A stretch of 64,000 nt of DNA from Squalus acanthias (taxonomy: Eukaryota), in assembly GCA_030390025.1 (NCBI GenBank), contig CM059435.1:98456001-98520000 (forward strand), written 5' to 3'. Of this stretch, positions 23,450 to 37,176 are shown piece by piece. The notes beneath the pieces are model-generated. The model was not told where the DNA came from. It made no database searches and was given only the letters and a program-made list of their open reading frames with translations. Each line of letters begins with the position of its first letter. The first letter of the stretch is position 1. The translations under genes and the position numbers were made by a program.

Positions 23450-24481
23450 GGCCGGAATTTTAATCTGGAGGTGGGTTGGGAGCAGGGGTGGGGGGCTAGA
23501 AAGCGGGCAGGAAACCTGGGAGAACGGGTTTCCCGCAGGCCCTGCCGAATTTAACGGCAGGGACTGATTAATATTTCAGAACTCTGTTTCCCACCCACAG
23601 TCAGCCAGATGGAGAGGCTGGCTGGCTGCGAGCGGGTAGGTGTGTGGCACTAGGCCGCAGAGAGGAGGGCGGGATCGGGGTGAATCGGGGCCGGAGGATG
23701 ATTGGGGATGTGGTCGGGGCTGGAGAAGGATCGGGTGGTGGTGGTGGTGAGGGGCCGGAGAACAAACGAGGCCCGAGGATTGGGGCCGGAGGAGTATTGG
23801 TGGGGGTGCCAGGGGTGGGGGAGGGGGGCGGTGGTCAGGAGCCGTAGGATGATTAGGGCTGTAGGAGAGGAAGCCGGAGGAGCATCAGGGGTGGTCGGGA
23901 GCCAGAGGGCCACCAAGGCCGGAGGAGCATCGGGGGGTGGTTACAGTTGGGGGCCGGAGGAGCATCGGGGCTGGAGGGGTGAGGCCTGGAAGGTGGTTGG
24001 AGGCCTCAGGGTGGGGGGGGTGGAAATTGAAAGCCTCAGTGGTGGGAAGTCGAGGCGAAATTGGTGGCCTCATGGGGGGAGATCGGAGGCCTTGGAGGGG
24101 TGTCCGACTGCGGGGGGGGGGGCGGGGTGCTGGTTGGTGAGGCAGGGATGCTGGATCCAGCAGGTAAGTGGAAAGGCATTTACCTCCTGGATCCAGCAGT
24201 CCTCGCCTTCCTTTAGCTGGCTGGTTCCCGAGGCCCGGGAAACCTGACCAGCCAGAGTTAAATTTGTAATGGTGGATCACCATGACGCACGCCAGCCTCA
24301 TTATAATATTTAAATGGCCAACCTGCCTCCTGGGAGTGGGTTGGCTGCTCGTCCCCCGCCCCCCCCCGTCCCGCCTCCGTTAAAACCAGAAGTGGGCAGA
24401 TTGGGGTCGGGATCCAGTTTTTTTTTAACTCTTTAACCTCCCACCCCAACCCACCAGTTTTTTGGCGTTAAAATTCTCCCC
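23450..24481. mobile_element. GC-rich non-autonomous DNA transposon (Harbinger-like MITE)
   Basis: Termini GGCCGGAATTTTAA…TTAAAATTCTCCCC form imperfect inverted repeats; G-rich low-complexity interior. Confidence 0.65.
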
Positions 24482-25114
24482 AATATATTTGAACCACATA
24501 GGGGTATGGTAAAAGTAAGGGACATGATTAAACCTGTGGATAAGGTTCATTCAGGTAAGGCAAATGGGGAAGAACATAGTTGTCGAGATCTTAGTCAGAG
24601 TGAGGCTACAGCTGGTGAAATGCAGAGACAAATTAGAGTGGTGTTTGAGCATGAATACAATTGTCATGAGGATTTTGATCGAGATGAAATTAACTGGGGA
24701 GGCCTATAGTGGGAGCAGGAGAACATAGATTTACTTCCTGAACATGGTCCTGCACTCCTTTTTCATCCAGATGGTTAAAGAAAGTTATTTCAGATGGTTA
24801 AGAAGCATACAAAGAGGAAGTGACTCTGGATCTGTTTTGTATAACAAACCAGAGACAATTGAACAAGGTAAGGTTCGGGAACATCTCAAAAATAGTGACC
24901 ATTACATAACTGAGTTTAGCAGCAGACTCACCATGCATATGCAGAGTAAATAAACACTGTTAAATTTAGAAGAACAGACTTTGGGAGATTGAGGAAGCAG
25001 TTAATGGAGCTGAACTGGAATAGGTTGTTGAAGGGACAACGCTTAGAAAAGATTACTTTTAAATGCAGAATGCAGCAGTTACAAAGTCAATTTCTATCAC
25101 TGAACAAGAAATAA

Positions 25115-25695
25115 GGGGGAACTTTAACTCTCCAGAATCGGCAGGAAAGGAGCGATGCAGCAGTTACAACGGAGTGGCTCCATTTTCCACTTCGTTCACG
25201 CCGATTCCTCATTTTAACGCCGCTGGTTTGGCGTCAGAGAAGGCTCTTGCCGGACGCTGGCAGGAACCTCATTAATAAATACAGCTCTGGGTCTCATCAC
25301 ATAACCTGCTCCAGAACGGAGTGCCTGTTGAGGCCACTATGCCAAAGCTGTTGGGCTAGCAAGGCGCACTAAGATAAGTTTAAAAAAGGCTTTCCTTAAT
25401 GGGGCCAGGAGGAGCAGGAAGGTCCAGGCCTCTGCTGCCCCCCCCCCCCCCCCCCCCTTCTCCTTCCCAGCTGTGAAACCCTCGCAACACCCCACTGCTC
25501 CAGGACTTACCTTTCTGCCGGCAGCCTCCGGCCACCCGATCTTTGTTCTCCACCCAGCCGACCAACTACCGCTTTCTGTCCGAAACAGGTGAGCAGCTGA
25601 CCGGCAGTTAAAATCTGCTGGGCTTCCAAAGCAGCCTCCTGCGCTGCATTGCCGTCTGCTCCTGCCAGCTTCCCGCTGGGAGTTAAAATCGGCCC
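25115..25695. mobile_element. GC-rich non-autonomous DNA transposon (Harbinger-like MITE)
   Basis: GGGGGAACTTTAACTCTCCAG…CTGGGAGTTAAAATCGGCCC inverted termini; internal GGGCCAGGAG…GCAGGA motif shared with the 27974 and 31300 elements. Confidence 0.7.
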
Positions 25696-27699
25696 TGCAG
25701 TACGACTAAGTGGAAACTATAGAGGCAACAACAGTGCAAAGAATAAGGTCAAAAAAGAAGTGTTTCTCAAATTTAGATTTTCAGGTTCAGGGGTAGACAG
25801 ATAGATAGGGTAGAGACTTACAAAACTGATTAGACTGTCAAAATTAGAGGTTAGGATTGCAGGGAACACACAAAGATTTTATGTTATATTGTGTAGTCAG
25901 AGAATAACTTGTATACATACACACTCCAACTGAATCAAAATAAATTCTTTAAGATCTGCATCCCTTTGCTTGATTATTGAGCTCTATGGCTTAGCCAATA
26001 TATGCTCTCCCATAGAGGACCAATCTGTCTAAGTTTAACTGAGGTCCAGCAGCTATATTTGTTTTCTGTACATACTTAAATTTGTCTGCTGTACCTCAAT
26101 AAACAGAAGTTTCAGAAACAAGTTGTTAACTGCATTTAATTGATGCTGTATGTGGCAAAAGCAAATGCAAACCTTTGTAGGGAAATAAAATGAATGCTCT
26201 AGAATACTGACTGCTTTTAGTTTTCCCTTTTACTACAATGACTAGAACACAAAGTATAGAGAGCAAAAAAAACGAAGTAAGAAACCAGGGCAGGGAGAAC
26301 ATTGACAGCACCAGAAGGAAGACAGATGGGACTTAGTCATGTGTACTCTCAAGGTTTCAAAACAAGACCAAGATTTCAAATGACACTTTTAAACTCAGTT
26401 TGTTTAGATCACAGTGGTAAGAAACTTTTAAATGTCAAAAACATTGCTCATTTTTGTTGCACATTAAAGGAATATTCTAGACTGTATATTAAAAACAAAA
26501 CTGAAATCAGCAGTAATTAAAAACAAATTTAACAAGACTCCCAATGAGACCAAGACTCTTAAAAATGAGTTAATCAAAAACTCTCTCTTCATCACTAAAA
26601 ATGACCTGTTGGGGTATGTGGGCAAGTAGGTTATTTCTAACTGAATTATTATGCTTTGGTGTTCTTGGGTAGGCACCTTTGATTCAATGTTGAATCCTAT
26701 TAGATCTTTCACATGCAGCTTGGAGTATTCTTTCAAGAAATTCAAATATACTTATTTGATTTGAAGGGAATATGGAATATGAACAGAAATTAAATTTGTC
26801 TTTTTATTTTAAATCCAGACCGGGAGCATGTATAATGCAGGCTGTGGAGAATAAGACCTCATTTCCAAAATAATTTAAAAATTCATATCAAGTATACTTT
26901 TAACCTTCTGCTTTTGAACATTGAGTTCTGGAGTGTAGAATACATATGATATCATTTCATTCAAAGAGCTATCTGCCTTAAGCATGAAATGTTCATATCC
27001 TTAAACCCCTGAAAGGCCAGACAACTTCAGAAAATCAATCACACATATTCCATGCTCTGGAACTCAATGGCTTCAATATACAATAGCAAATTACATTCAA
27101 AATGAATTTTAAAATCACTTTGAAATTTAGATCTCGCTCTGCACAACCTGCATTCCAAATGTCCCTATTGTCTATTTAAAATAAAGACTAATTTAATCTT
27201 GCTAATTATTTATATACGTTTCTTAACTGTGAATTTTAAAATGATCAATTATCTTCTTTTTCACAGACATTCTGTTAGATGGCTCTGTCCGACCATGTGA
27301 CTCTAAAAAAAAATCAAACACTAGGTAGAAACAATCTACATTACACATCTAACCAGAGACAAATGAAACAAATATCATCCATATAATATTCACAAGCACA
27401 CGCAACATTATAGCTTCCCCAGCTACAAAAGGTTTTTTCCACTCTCTGCAGGTGAGAAGTAATTAAATAAAATGATATTTTAAAAATCAATTTTTGCAAC
27501 ACCATTCAATGTTACATATTCAAGTTGTCTTTAACTTGGGAAGATGCAGTTATTGTACTCATCCCATAGATCGCTGCTGCTAACCTCTACAATTGGGAGA
27601 ACAATTACGAAGAGTACCATGGGACAATTGCATGAGCACAAAAAACTAGATTTTTCTTAAATTCACCTTGATCACAAAACTTGAATATCTTCATAGCGA

Positions 27700-27835
27700 A
27701 TGAACATAGGAACAGGAGTAAGCCATTCAGCCCCCCGAACCTGCTCCGCCATTCAATTAGATTATGGCTGATCTGTGCCTCAACTCCATTTACCCGCCTT
27801 AGGTCCATATCCCTAGATAGCCTTACTTAACAAGA
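27700..27835 (-). mobile_element. CR1 3' tail fragment
   Basis: GAACATAGGAACAGGAGTAAGCCATTCAGCCC…, the same family as 29210. Confidence 0.85.
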
Positions 27836-27973
27836 TCATTCCTTTCTTTTGTGCCTTCCTCTGTTTTCTATAACATCCTTGCCTTATTTCCTGATTTCCT
27901 TCTGTCTTTACTTTTCTTCCTCCTCCCTTTTCTGCCCAGCTCCCTTTATATTGCCTTTTCTCTCCACCCTTAA

Positions 27974-28430
27974 AGGCTCATTTTAACTGCAGGCCCAACT
28001 ATGACCCACATGTTTTCTGGCCTGCCAGCAAAAGCTGATGGCAGCAAGGATCCAGGCCCAGGTAAGTCCTTTTCAGACTTTTTTTTTAAGGTTCCCTAGT
28101 GGGCAAGGAGTGCTCCTTCTGGTCCCACAAGGATACCTCGGGCCTCCCCTGATCGTGGACTTGCCAATTGCCCCCACCCCACAGCCCCATCTCTACTTAC
28201 CTTGCCAGGGATCGTTACTGTGGGTCCCCGGCGGTGGCCTGACCCCCCCACACCCCCCAACCAATTTTGACTCCCACCCACCGGTGGTGACGTCATTCCG
28301 CTGACTTCGGGGCATGCAAATGAGGCCCGGGAGTTAAAATCACCCAGGCTTCACGCTCCAGGGGGCTGGACGGTTCACCACCCATTCTGGCCCCCACACC
28401 CCCATTTCCCACCCCAAGTTGAAATTGACC
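27974..28430. mobile_element. GC-rich Harbinger-like MITE
   Basis: AGGCTCATTTTAAC…GTTGAAATTGACCT termini; shared GGAGTGCTCCT…CCCACAAGGA core. Confidence 0.6.
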
Positions 28431-29209
28431 TTTTAATATATTTAAGATTGCAAAATAACGCTACCTTTCTCTCTATGAATATATGGTTTGTCGACATGAT
28501 TACTTATCTCACTGTCACATTTCAAGGCTAACGCTCAACTTTTTGTGTCAAACTTCAAAGAAAAGTATAAAGAAATAAAGGAACTTCACAGGAATGAAAA
28601 ATACCAGAGCCAGGATATCTGTAGTCCTTTAATTGACAGCTGTATGAGGTCACCTAATATTTATTGAACAGCATCCGGCTCTTAAGTGACCTGTATGAAC
28701 CCGTGTAGACTTAACAGCAATTAGACTTTGTATCCTTAAAATTACACACTTACACTTTAAATAGCATAATGTTCCTGATGTTATGAAACAATGTATCCTG
28801 TGATTTACCATGGTCAGTGCCACGAGAGATTTGCCATTACTACTTAACATATGAGCATCACAGTTTCAGTGTTACACTTGGCATAGACTAATGATATACA
28901 AATTCATTTACTCTAGGGAAATCTCTTGCAAATGTACAGAAAAACACTCCAGGAACAGAATGTACCAAAGCCACAGTGCCTCCAGCTCCTTAATTGATCT
29001 TCCCACAAGCAAAGCCAATTTTCTAATCTCCAGCTTCAATAACAATTAACTTCTAAGTGAACGTATCTAGTGCTAACTTAATAGAAGTGGTGATGTCAGG
29101 AAGCACTTCTTCACACAAAGGGTAGTGGAAATTTGGAGCTCTCTTCCATAAAAAGCTGTTGAGGCTAGGTCAATTGAACATTTCAAAACTGAGATTGTGG
29201 AACAGGCTC

Positions 29210-30625
29210 GAACAGGAGTAGGCCATTCAGCCCTTCGAGCCTGTTCCGCCATTCAATGAGATCATGGCTGATCTGCGACCTAACTCCATATACCCACCTT
29301 TGGCCCATATCCTTTAATACCTTTGGTTAACAAAAAGCTATCAATCTCAGATTGAAAATTAACAATTAATCTAGCATCAATTGCCGTTTGCGGAAGAGAG
29401 TTCCAAACTTCCACCACCCTTTGTGTGTAGAAGTGTTTCCTAATTTCACTCCTGAAAGGTCTGGCTCTAATTTTTAGACTATGCCCCCTAGTCCTAGAAT
29501 CCCCAACCAGCGGAAATAGTTTCTCTCTATCTACCCTATCTGTTCCCCTTAATATCTTGAAAACTTCGATCAGATCACCCCTTAGCCTTCTAAATTCTAG
29601 GAAATACAACCCTAATTTGTGTAATCTCTCCTCATAACTTAACCCTTGAGTCCGGGTATCATTCTGGTAAACCTATGCTGCACTCCCTCCAAGGCCAATA
29701 TATCCTTCCTAAGGTGTGCTGCCCAGAACTGCTCACAGTACTCCAGGTGTGGTCTAACCAGGATTTTGTATAGCTACAGCATAACTTCTACCCCCTTGTA
29801 TTCTAGTCCTCCAGATATAAAGGCCAGTATTCCATTAGCCTTTTTGATTATTTTCTGTACCTGTTCATGATATTTTAATGATCTATGTACCTGAACCCCC
29901 CAAGTCTCTTTGGACATCCACTGTTTTTAGCTTTTCACCATTTAGAAAGTACCCTGTTCTATCCTTTTTAGGTCCAAAGTGGATGACCTCACATTTGCTT
30001 ACATTGAAATTCATTTGCCAGTTTTGCCCATTCACTTAATCTATCAATATCCTTTTGTAATTTTATGCTTTCATCTACACTGCCTACAATGCTGCCTATC
30101 TTTGTGTCATCGGCAAATTTGGATATATGACTTTCTATGCCAGCATCTAAGTCGTTAATAAATATTGTGAATAGTTGAGGCCCCAAACCAGATCTCTGCG
30201 GGACACCACTAGTCACATCCTGCCAATTTGAGTACCAACCCATTATCCCTACTCTCTGTCTCCTGCCGCTCAGCCAATTTCATAACTAGGTCAATAATTT
30301 GCCTTCAATTCCGTGGGCTTCTATCTTAGATAACAGTCACTTATGAGGGACTTTATCTGATGCCTTCTGGAAGTCCATATAAATAACATCCATAGACATT
30401 CCTCTGTCTACTACTTTAGTCACCTCTTCAAAAAATTCAATCAGGTTTGTCAGGCATGACCTACCTTTCACAAATCCATGCTGGCTCTCTCTGATCAACT
30501 GAAAATTTTCAAGGTGTTCAGTCACCTTATCCTTAATTATAGACTCTAGCAATTTCCCGACAACAGATGTTAGGCTAACTGGTCTATAATTCCCTGGTTT
30601 CCCTCTCTCGCCATTCTTCAATAGC
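29210..30625 (-). mobile_element. 5'-truncated CR1 LINE nested in an oppositely oriented CR1 3' end (29090-29210 and 30625-30665)
   Basis: ORFs GNYRPVSLTSVVGKLLE…SQHGFVKGRSCLTNL, KFADD, RRLRGDLIEVFK; the host tail GGAACAGGCTCGA resumes as GCTTGAGGGGCCGAATGGCC after the insert. Confidence 0.93.
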
Positions 30626-30784
30626 TTGAGGGGCCGAATGGCCTACTTCTGTTCCTATGTTCCTAAGTTAGAATTTATAGCCTTACAGTGGCACAGATTC
30701 ACGTTAGCATCAGAATAATATATTGTGCATTGCATGGTGTAATCTTTTCCTTATAAAACATTGCATCATTTGAATTACCATGAT

Positions 30785-31238
30785 TAATGCTCAGTGGTAG
30801 CACTCTCGTCTGAGTCAAAAGTTTGTGGGTTTAAGTCCCACTCCAGAGACTTGAGCATAAAATCTAGGTTGACACTCCAGTGCAGTACTGAGGGGGTGAT
30901 GCACTGTCGGAGGTGCTGTCTTTCGGTTGAGAATTTAAACCGAGGCCCCCTCTGCCCTTTCAGGTGGACGTAAAAGATCCCATGGCACTATTTCGAAGAA
31001 GAGTAGGGGAGTTCTCCCCGGTGTCCTGGCTAACATTTATCCCTCAACCAACATCTAAAAATAGATTATCTGGTCATTATCACATTGCTGTTTGTGCAAG
31101 CTTGGTATGCACAATTTGGTTGCAGCATTTCCTACATTACAACAGTGACTATACTTGAAAAGTAGTTCATTGGCTGTAAAGCGCTTTGGGACATCCTGAG
31201 GTCAGAAAGGTGCTCTATAAATGCAAGTATTTCTTTCT
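30785..31238 (+). mobile_element. Deu-domain (SacSINE1-like) SINE, near full length
   Basis: tRNA-like head GCTCAGTGGTAGCAC…GGTTTAAGTCCC, core GTAAAAGATCCCATGGCACTATTTCGAAGAAGAG, tail CTATAAATGCAAGT. Confidence 0.88.
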
Positions 31239-31299
31239 AGTAATATAAAAACTATGTGCACACACACTGGTCTTCCCACCCTGGAGTTATGTCATTGGG

Positions 31300-31751
31300 G
31301 CATGAGCTGCTATTTTAACCAGAGGCCTGAGTGGGGGAGCAGTGATGCCAGAAACAGGAGCTAGGGCTAGAGGAGGCCCAGCAAGGTCATTTCTTTAAAA
31401 AAAAATGGTTTCCGTGTGGGCCAGGAGCAGGAGTGCTCCTCCGGGCCCTACAAGGAAACCTTGGGCCTCCCCTGGACTCTTTCCTCCCTCCCACCCCCGC
31501 CTGCGATTCCTTTCCTGGAATACTTACCTTGTGTCAAGGACCGTTCCCGTGGATCCCTGACAGCAGCCTCTTAGCACCTGATTTTAACCATTGGGCAGCT
31601 GCTTCCCGCCAACTTCCTGGCCTTTTTGATCGGCAAGTGGCATGTTGATGAGGCCTGGCCGTTAAAATCAGCTGAGCCTGCTTGCTGCTGCTGTCCGACG
31701 GGCATGGGGCAAGCTTTGCCGTCTTCCCGCCCTGGAGTTAAAATTGAGCCT
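31300..31751. mobile_element. GC-rich Harbinger-like MITE ending ~150 bp before the IRAK4 ATG
   Basis: ATTTTAACC…GGAGTTAAAATTGAGCC ends; core GGGCCAGGAGCAGGAGTGCTCCT…CCCTACAAGGA shared with 25115 and 27974. Confidence 0.6.
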
Positions 31752-31903
31752 GTTTTCTTCGCAAACATTTGATCTATCTCTCAAAATGGGTCCCATTTAC
31801 TCCTGACCCTCTGCCCCTTAATCCTGGTACTATTTGTATGTTTCTGTGTTTTTTCTAGTGAAACTAAATCATACTGTATTTATTTTCTAATAAATGAAGA
31901 AAG

Positions 31904-32064
31904 ATGAGTAAATCAATAACTGCAAAATCCTACATCCGCTCCTTGAACCATGGGCTCATCCGAGAACTGTCTGACTTGCTGGATCCACAAGACGGGTGGA
32001 AGAAACTAGCAGTAAATATAAAAAAGCCTACAGGAGAACCAAGATACAGCCAGTTACATATAAG
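31904..32064 (+). CDS. IRAK4: IRAK4 coding exon 1 (death domain, N-terminal part)
   Basis: MSKSITAKSYIRSLNHGLIRELSDLLDPQDGWKKLAVNIKKPTGEPRYSQLHIR; 161 nt; donor AG|GTAGG. Not in the supplied ORF track. Confidence 0.95.
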
Positions 32065-32482
32065 GTAGGCAAAATTCTTCAAGGGAGACAATTATTTGAA
32101 TGCTCAAAATGTAGCAATTTGCACCAGTGAAAAATTGGAGTAAGAATCCAGCTGTGAGAATTAGCATTTAATTGTCAACTCACTGTATCAGATGAGGAAC
32201 CTTCCTCTGGGGAAAGGAACAAAATCTTCTTTTTCCTCAGCAAGAAGGAGTAGACTACATTTTGTTTGCCATGTAGATTACTAATCAAACATTAATGCAG
32301 CATATTTTTTTTGTTTAAGGTTTGAAGTAAACATTTTTTTTTAAAGTACATTATCAGAATCACAGCAAGCCAGTTATGGTTTCAGCTATTGCTGAGGAAG
32401 AATTATGTCAATTGTCTATTGACTTATAACAAAGTGGTGAATCTTATATTAAACAGATTAATTTCATGTAACTTGTCTTAAG

Positions 32483-32628
32483 GAGAATTGAAGGAGTGAT
32501 TCGTATGGGAAAGAGCCCTACTACAGAACTCCTGTTTGACTGGGGAACAACCAATACCACAGTCCATGAGCTTGTGGAAATCCTGGCTCAAAATAATTTA
32601 TTAGCTGCAGCTAGGTTGTTGCTTCCAG
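32483..32628 (+). CDS. IRAK4: IRAK4 coding exon 2 (death domain, C-terminal part)
   Basis: RIEGVIRMGKSPTTELLFDWGTTNTTVHELVEILAQNNLLAAARLLLP; 146 nt; AG/GTAAG junctions. Confidence 0.95.
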
Positions 32629-35600
32629 GTAAGGAACTTTGTTAGTTTACTGTAGACTGGTGGAGTCAAAATTCTATGGTAAATGTATTTATGCTAAATG
32701 TTTTAGTCTGTCACTGCTTTGGAACATTCACATGTCCTTATCTGCAGCAGATCGTGCATCCTGGTCTTTGATTCTTCTTCTGAGTTATATTTAGCACAAT
32801 TATATTTTTAATCACTCTTTTAAAAATCAAATCATTACAAAGAATTATAATTAGCAATTTTTTGTTTGCTCCTTTTTGATTAAACTAGTGAATCTCCTGT
32901 GGCATTGTTCATGGTGAGTTAGACGAAACTTTGTTTTATGCTATGTAAAGAGCAGCATATTATCAGGGCCACTAATTTAAGGTGATTAAATAAGTCAAAT
33001 TGCATTTATTGTAGGAGGGTTAGTGATATTTCTGGGCTCAAATTCTATGATTATGTGGATATTTGCAGTGATCTCGATTACTGTTAAAAGTTTAACTATG
33101 TATTTTCATTGCTTACCTTTTTAAAGCACAGGATGCAGAGAAAGGCATTCGAGCTGTTTCGGGATTCAGATGGGCAGGACATAAGTTGTAAGAAACGTGT
33201 GTAGCAGTACTGGAAAGTTGAGGAGGCCTTGTAGTGTTTGAAGGATGGCCCAGGGGTTTGCGAGCAGGAGTCATGGGGTCTAAAGGAACTGGGAGGAGGT
33301 TGCAGAATGTGGCAGGGGTGCCATGGTGGTTGAGATCACTGGGAAGGGGAGTACCAGGGTTTGGTAGGTGTGGAGGAGAGGTGACCAGATATTGCCAGTC
33401 AGAAGCTGTGAGAGGAGTTAAAGAGCTGTCCCAGGGTGTAGGAACACTGGGAGGGGATGGTGAGTGTAGCTATATTGGGTGGTTGGACTTGGGCTGTGGT
33501 AGTGCTGGTATGTTGGCAGGGTGTTGCTGAGTGTGGGCATGTAATAGGTGTTATTAAGCATTTATTTTAAGTAGTACAGGTTTCCCCAGGCCCTTTCAAC
33601 AAATCACCCCCACCCTGCACATCACAACCTGCCCTTGAGGCACCACCTTACAGTGACAAAAGGTACATTTCTTTCCAGCTTAAAGGTCGTCAAGCACTTT
33701 TAAAATCTATTCACTGATTTTTAAGCATTTTAAGAACTTTAAGCCAGAATATAGTTTTTGTCACTGCAAGGAGGTGCCTTGGGACTCAAGGTCAAGTCAC
33801 GGTGCAGGAGAGCCATGAATATGGCTTTTGTCACTGCAGTGGGTGGGGGGCTGCGGATTGCCTTGAGACTTGGTTGGGTTGGGTCAGGGATGTACAGTCA
33901 CAGATGGAGCTTGGGGGAGACAGCAGCTATGAAAGGGGACAGGCAGCATTGGGCAGGCCTGACTTTAGGAGTTCTTGCACTATCTTATTGATGTGGATGT
34001 GAGGACTTGAAGGTAAGTAAGTAAAGGCACCTTGGAAACCAAGCTTGGAGGACTCAATCAGAGGTAAGTTTAATTATGACAGGAAAAAATGAGAGACATG
34101 CATGACAGAAATGGCATGATGGAAGAAAGTAATTAAGTGTTACTTGACAGAAAGCTATGCAAGATTGTTAAATATTAAAGATGGTGAAGTGAACTGATTG
34201 GGAAGAATTTATGTTAGGAGAGAAAACCATAATTAACTGCGGTTTCAATAATAGCATCAGTTCTACTATGTACACTACTTTACCTTCCACACACTGAGTT
34301 CAGAAACTCATCCACACCAAATAAATCTCTGTTACTTAAATAATTTAAAGAAATATTTTAAAAAACAGAAATGTGATTAAAAAGTTGTTGAAGTTATTAC
34401 ATTTTTGGTAACATTTGATCTTTAAAAGAGATAATGATGGTGCAAATTTCTTATTAGCTATTAAGGAACAGCATAAATAGCATCCCTCATCTCTCAAGTT
34501 ATCTTTCTGTCCTTTACTTTTATTAGATTTTTTGCCTACTTTACTTGGCTTCTCAACTTTCCTTAGTCTCCCACTATACCTCCTGGCTCAGCTGATTCCT
34601 GCTTCTACTCCATGACATGCAAAGTTGTTCATGCTCTCAGACTGAAAATTCAGCATTCCACACATTACAGAACCGTCACCTTGTATTGAGGTGGAACCAG
34701 ATTACATCTGCAGCCGTAAGTATGATTAGAGAGGAACATTTTTGTGCATTCATGGTTAGTGGACAGAAAATCTAACACATTATCTTCCATTGAAAGATAC
34801 CTCTTTAATTGAATGCACATAATATAAATGAGACACAGAGTGGTCTTGATGATTTACCAAAACCTGTATGTCTTGTGCTGATAGTAAATATTGAGCTTCA
34901 TCAGATATCCTATATGCATGTTACATGTCTAAGATCTACAATATAATGTTACACTTGGTGGTTTATGGGTCTTGTGTGCTGCTCTGAAGATTTTGTAGTG
35001 CTGCCACACAATCCCCAATCATACCTTGCTGACTTAGCCATCTGCTCCCAACAGTTACTCATTTTCTTCCTGATCATTTTGTGTTTTTTTCCAGTATGTT
35101 CTTCTTGTGCTTGCATCCATCATAGTTTAGGTTTGTCCCTTTCCCATTTTTGTCCCTCCTTTTCTTCCCAGTTCTCCTGCTCCCTACTGCTCTGATTTTA
35201 TGTGAAATAGCTCCTCCAACATAAATGATGGAATCCATAAACACATGATGAGCTTTTAGCAACATTGGTGCCTGACAGAAAGCAGAACCAATGCTACCAG
35301 CTCATCGAACTAATAGGACAGATCTTAAAAAGGGCAGTGTGGTAGATACTTATGAGAATTTATTACTTTGGCAATGAATTATGAAAAACAATCTACTCGC
35401 ACAAAGCTGCAATGTAATCAAGAAAACCTAATCAAGAAGGTTGAGTTGTTAAACTGAATAGTAACATTTAAGCTTTGAAATTATTTCAGGGTATGAATTA
35501 ACTCCACAGAGCAGTTTTAATTTTTGTATTGGCGACAGTAGCTCTTGTTGTATGTTATTGATGCATGATGCTCACACTAATGATTGTGATGTAATCCTGC

Positions 35601-37176
35601 AGCTGTATCAAGAAATAATCAACCATGGATTACTTAAAAAGCAGTAGTACTGTGCTTACGATCTGTTGTCTGCAATTGGTGTAATAATAAATGGTTTTAT
35701 ATCTATACAGTAGTAATGAATAAATCTGGAGGTATATTTTCACTTTTTTAATACTGGCATGAAGTCATAGAGCAGATAATAATCATTCTGGCTGTGCGAT
35801 TCATTGTTGAATTAAGTTATTTATGAGTCTGACATGACCCTGTCAATTTAATCTTAATCTCAGTTCAGGGGATTTTCAAAATAGTCACTAATCGCTGCTG
35901 ACAAAATGTGAGAAGCAGCTCACACGATCCAGTGGAAAGTATTAAAGTGCCATTCTTTGTTCCATTTAAAATGAATTAAAAATAGATTTAAAAACTAAAA
36001 AGGCACAGAATAGTGAATGTCTGTAGTATGACACATCATTCAGTTCATAATTCAGTAATGTTAATGGTGAAAAGATTTACCATGCCAAATACGTAATTGT
36101 TGACTGTCCTCTATTTGTGTGAATACTGTGAAATGAATATTTTTTAAATCATAAATTTTTGAGATAACATATTTGCATTTCAAATTTATTTTTGTAACAC
36201 TTTAATGGTGAAGTACTGAAGAATTTGAGAGTTTTTTGTATCATAATTGGATAAGCTATACATACGGAGTCAGTTTATTATAACCAGTCAATGTACTATT
36301 TGGAAATAGGATGGGAAAAATTATACTATATATAACTTTTTTGCAATAAGAATATATTTACGTTTTTGTGGGGCAATGTGATCAATGAAAATATTCTCAT
36401 CACGAATACTGTGGACCATTATCCAGCATATGGGTGGCAAAGCACATGGTGTGATTTTAAACTTTCATAAATAAGCATGCAAAATTTCCCTTGCGTGAAT
36501 ATAAACCGTTCTAAGGTATAGCTCAGTACAGGTTTATGTAAAACCATTTGTTTAATTTTTTGACATAATTAAGATGCATTAATTAATTATTAATTAAAGA
36601 ACATTTACACAATCACAATTAAGTCTAATTTATTAGTGGATCTGGCTACTGGTTGAAAATAATTATATATGTTAATTAGGATTTGGGAAGTGACTAGTTC
36701 TTCAATGATGTGGCCATCTTCAAAATACTATAAAGATAAAATTCAGGTTTGCAGAGGTTTTCTGTAACCTGAAAAGAAAATGATGTTCAGCATGTTCTAT
36801 AATGACATGACGTGCTGTAGTGTTTGCTGTTTTTAAAATCCCATCCTGATTAATCAGACATCATATACTTGAACCATTGTGCAAAACGAAACATGGTTTC
36901 CTACTGATGATGTCATGTGCCATCTCCTTTGTAATGTGAGTTGCAGAAGTGCAACCATCTTGGAAATTTTATTCCCCAACTTTTAGTTACAGTCTGAGTT
37001 CATGCCACCTGATACATTTTTATTGAAATAATAAAGCAATTATTTGCTGCTGATTTACACAGTCAGTATATCGCTGTTTCTAAAGAGGGTGATTTATATA
37101 ACATCAGAGAATGATATGACCTAACGATCATATTCCATGCTTTGTGTTGACTGTAATCTACGATTTAACTTAACAG

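Noticed and set aside
23644-24449. Overlapping Gly/Pro-rich ORFs
   Set aside because: Low-complexity interior of a GC-rich transposon.
34528-34715. Exon-like segment ending in GTAAGT in IRAK4 intron
   Set aside because: No acceptor gives an open phase 1-1 exon; the 37177-37374 exon already links the domains in frame.
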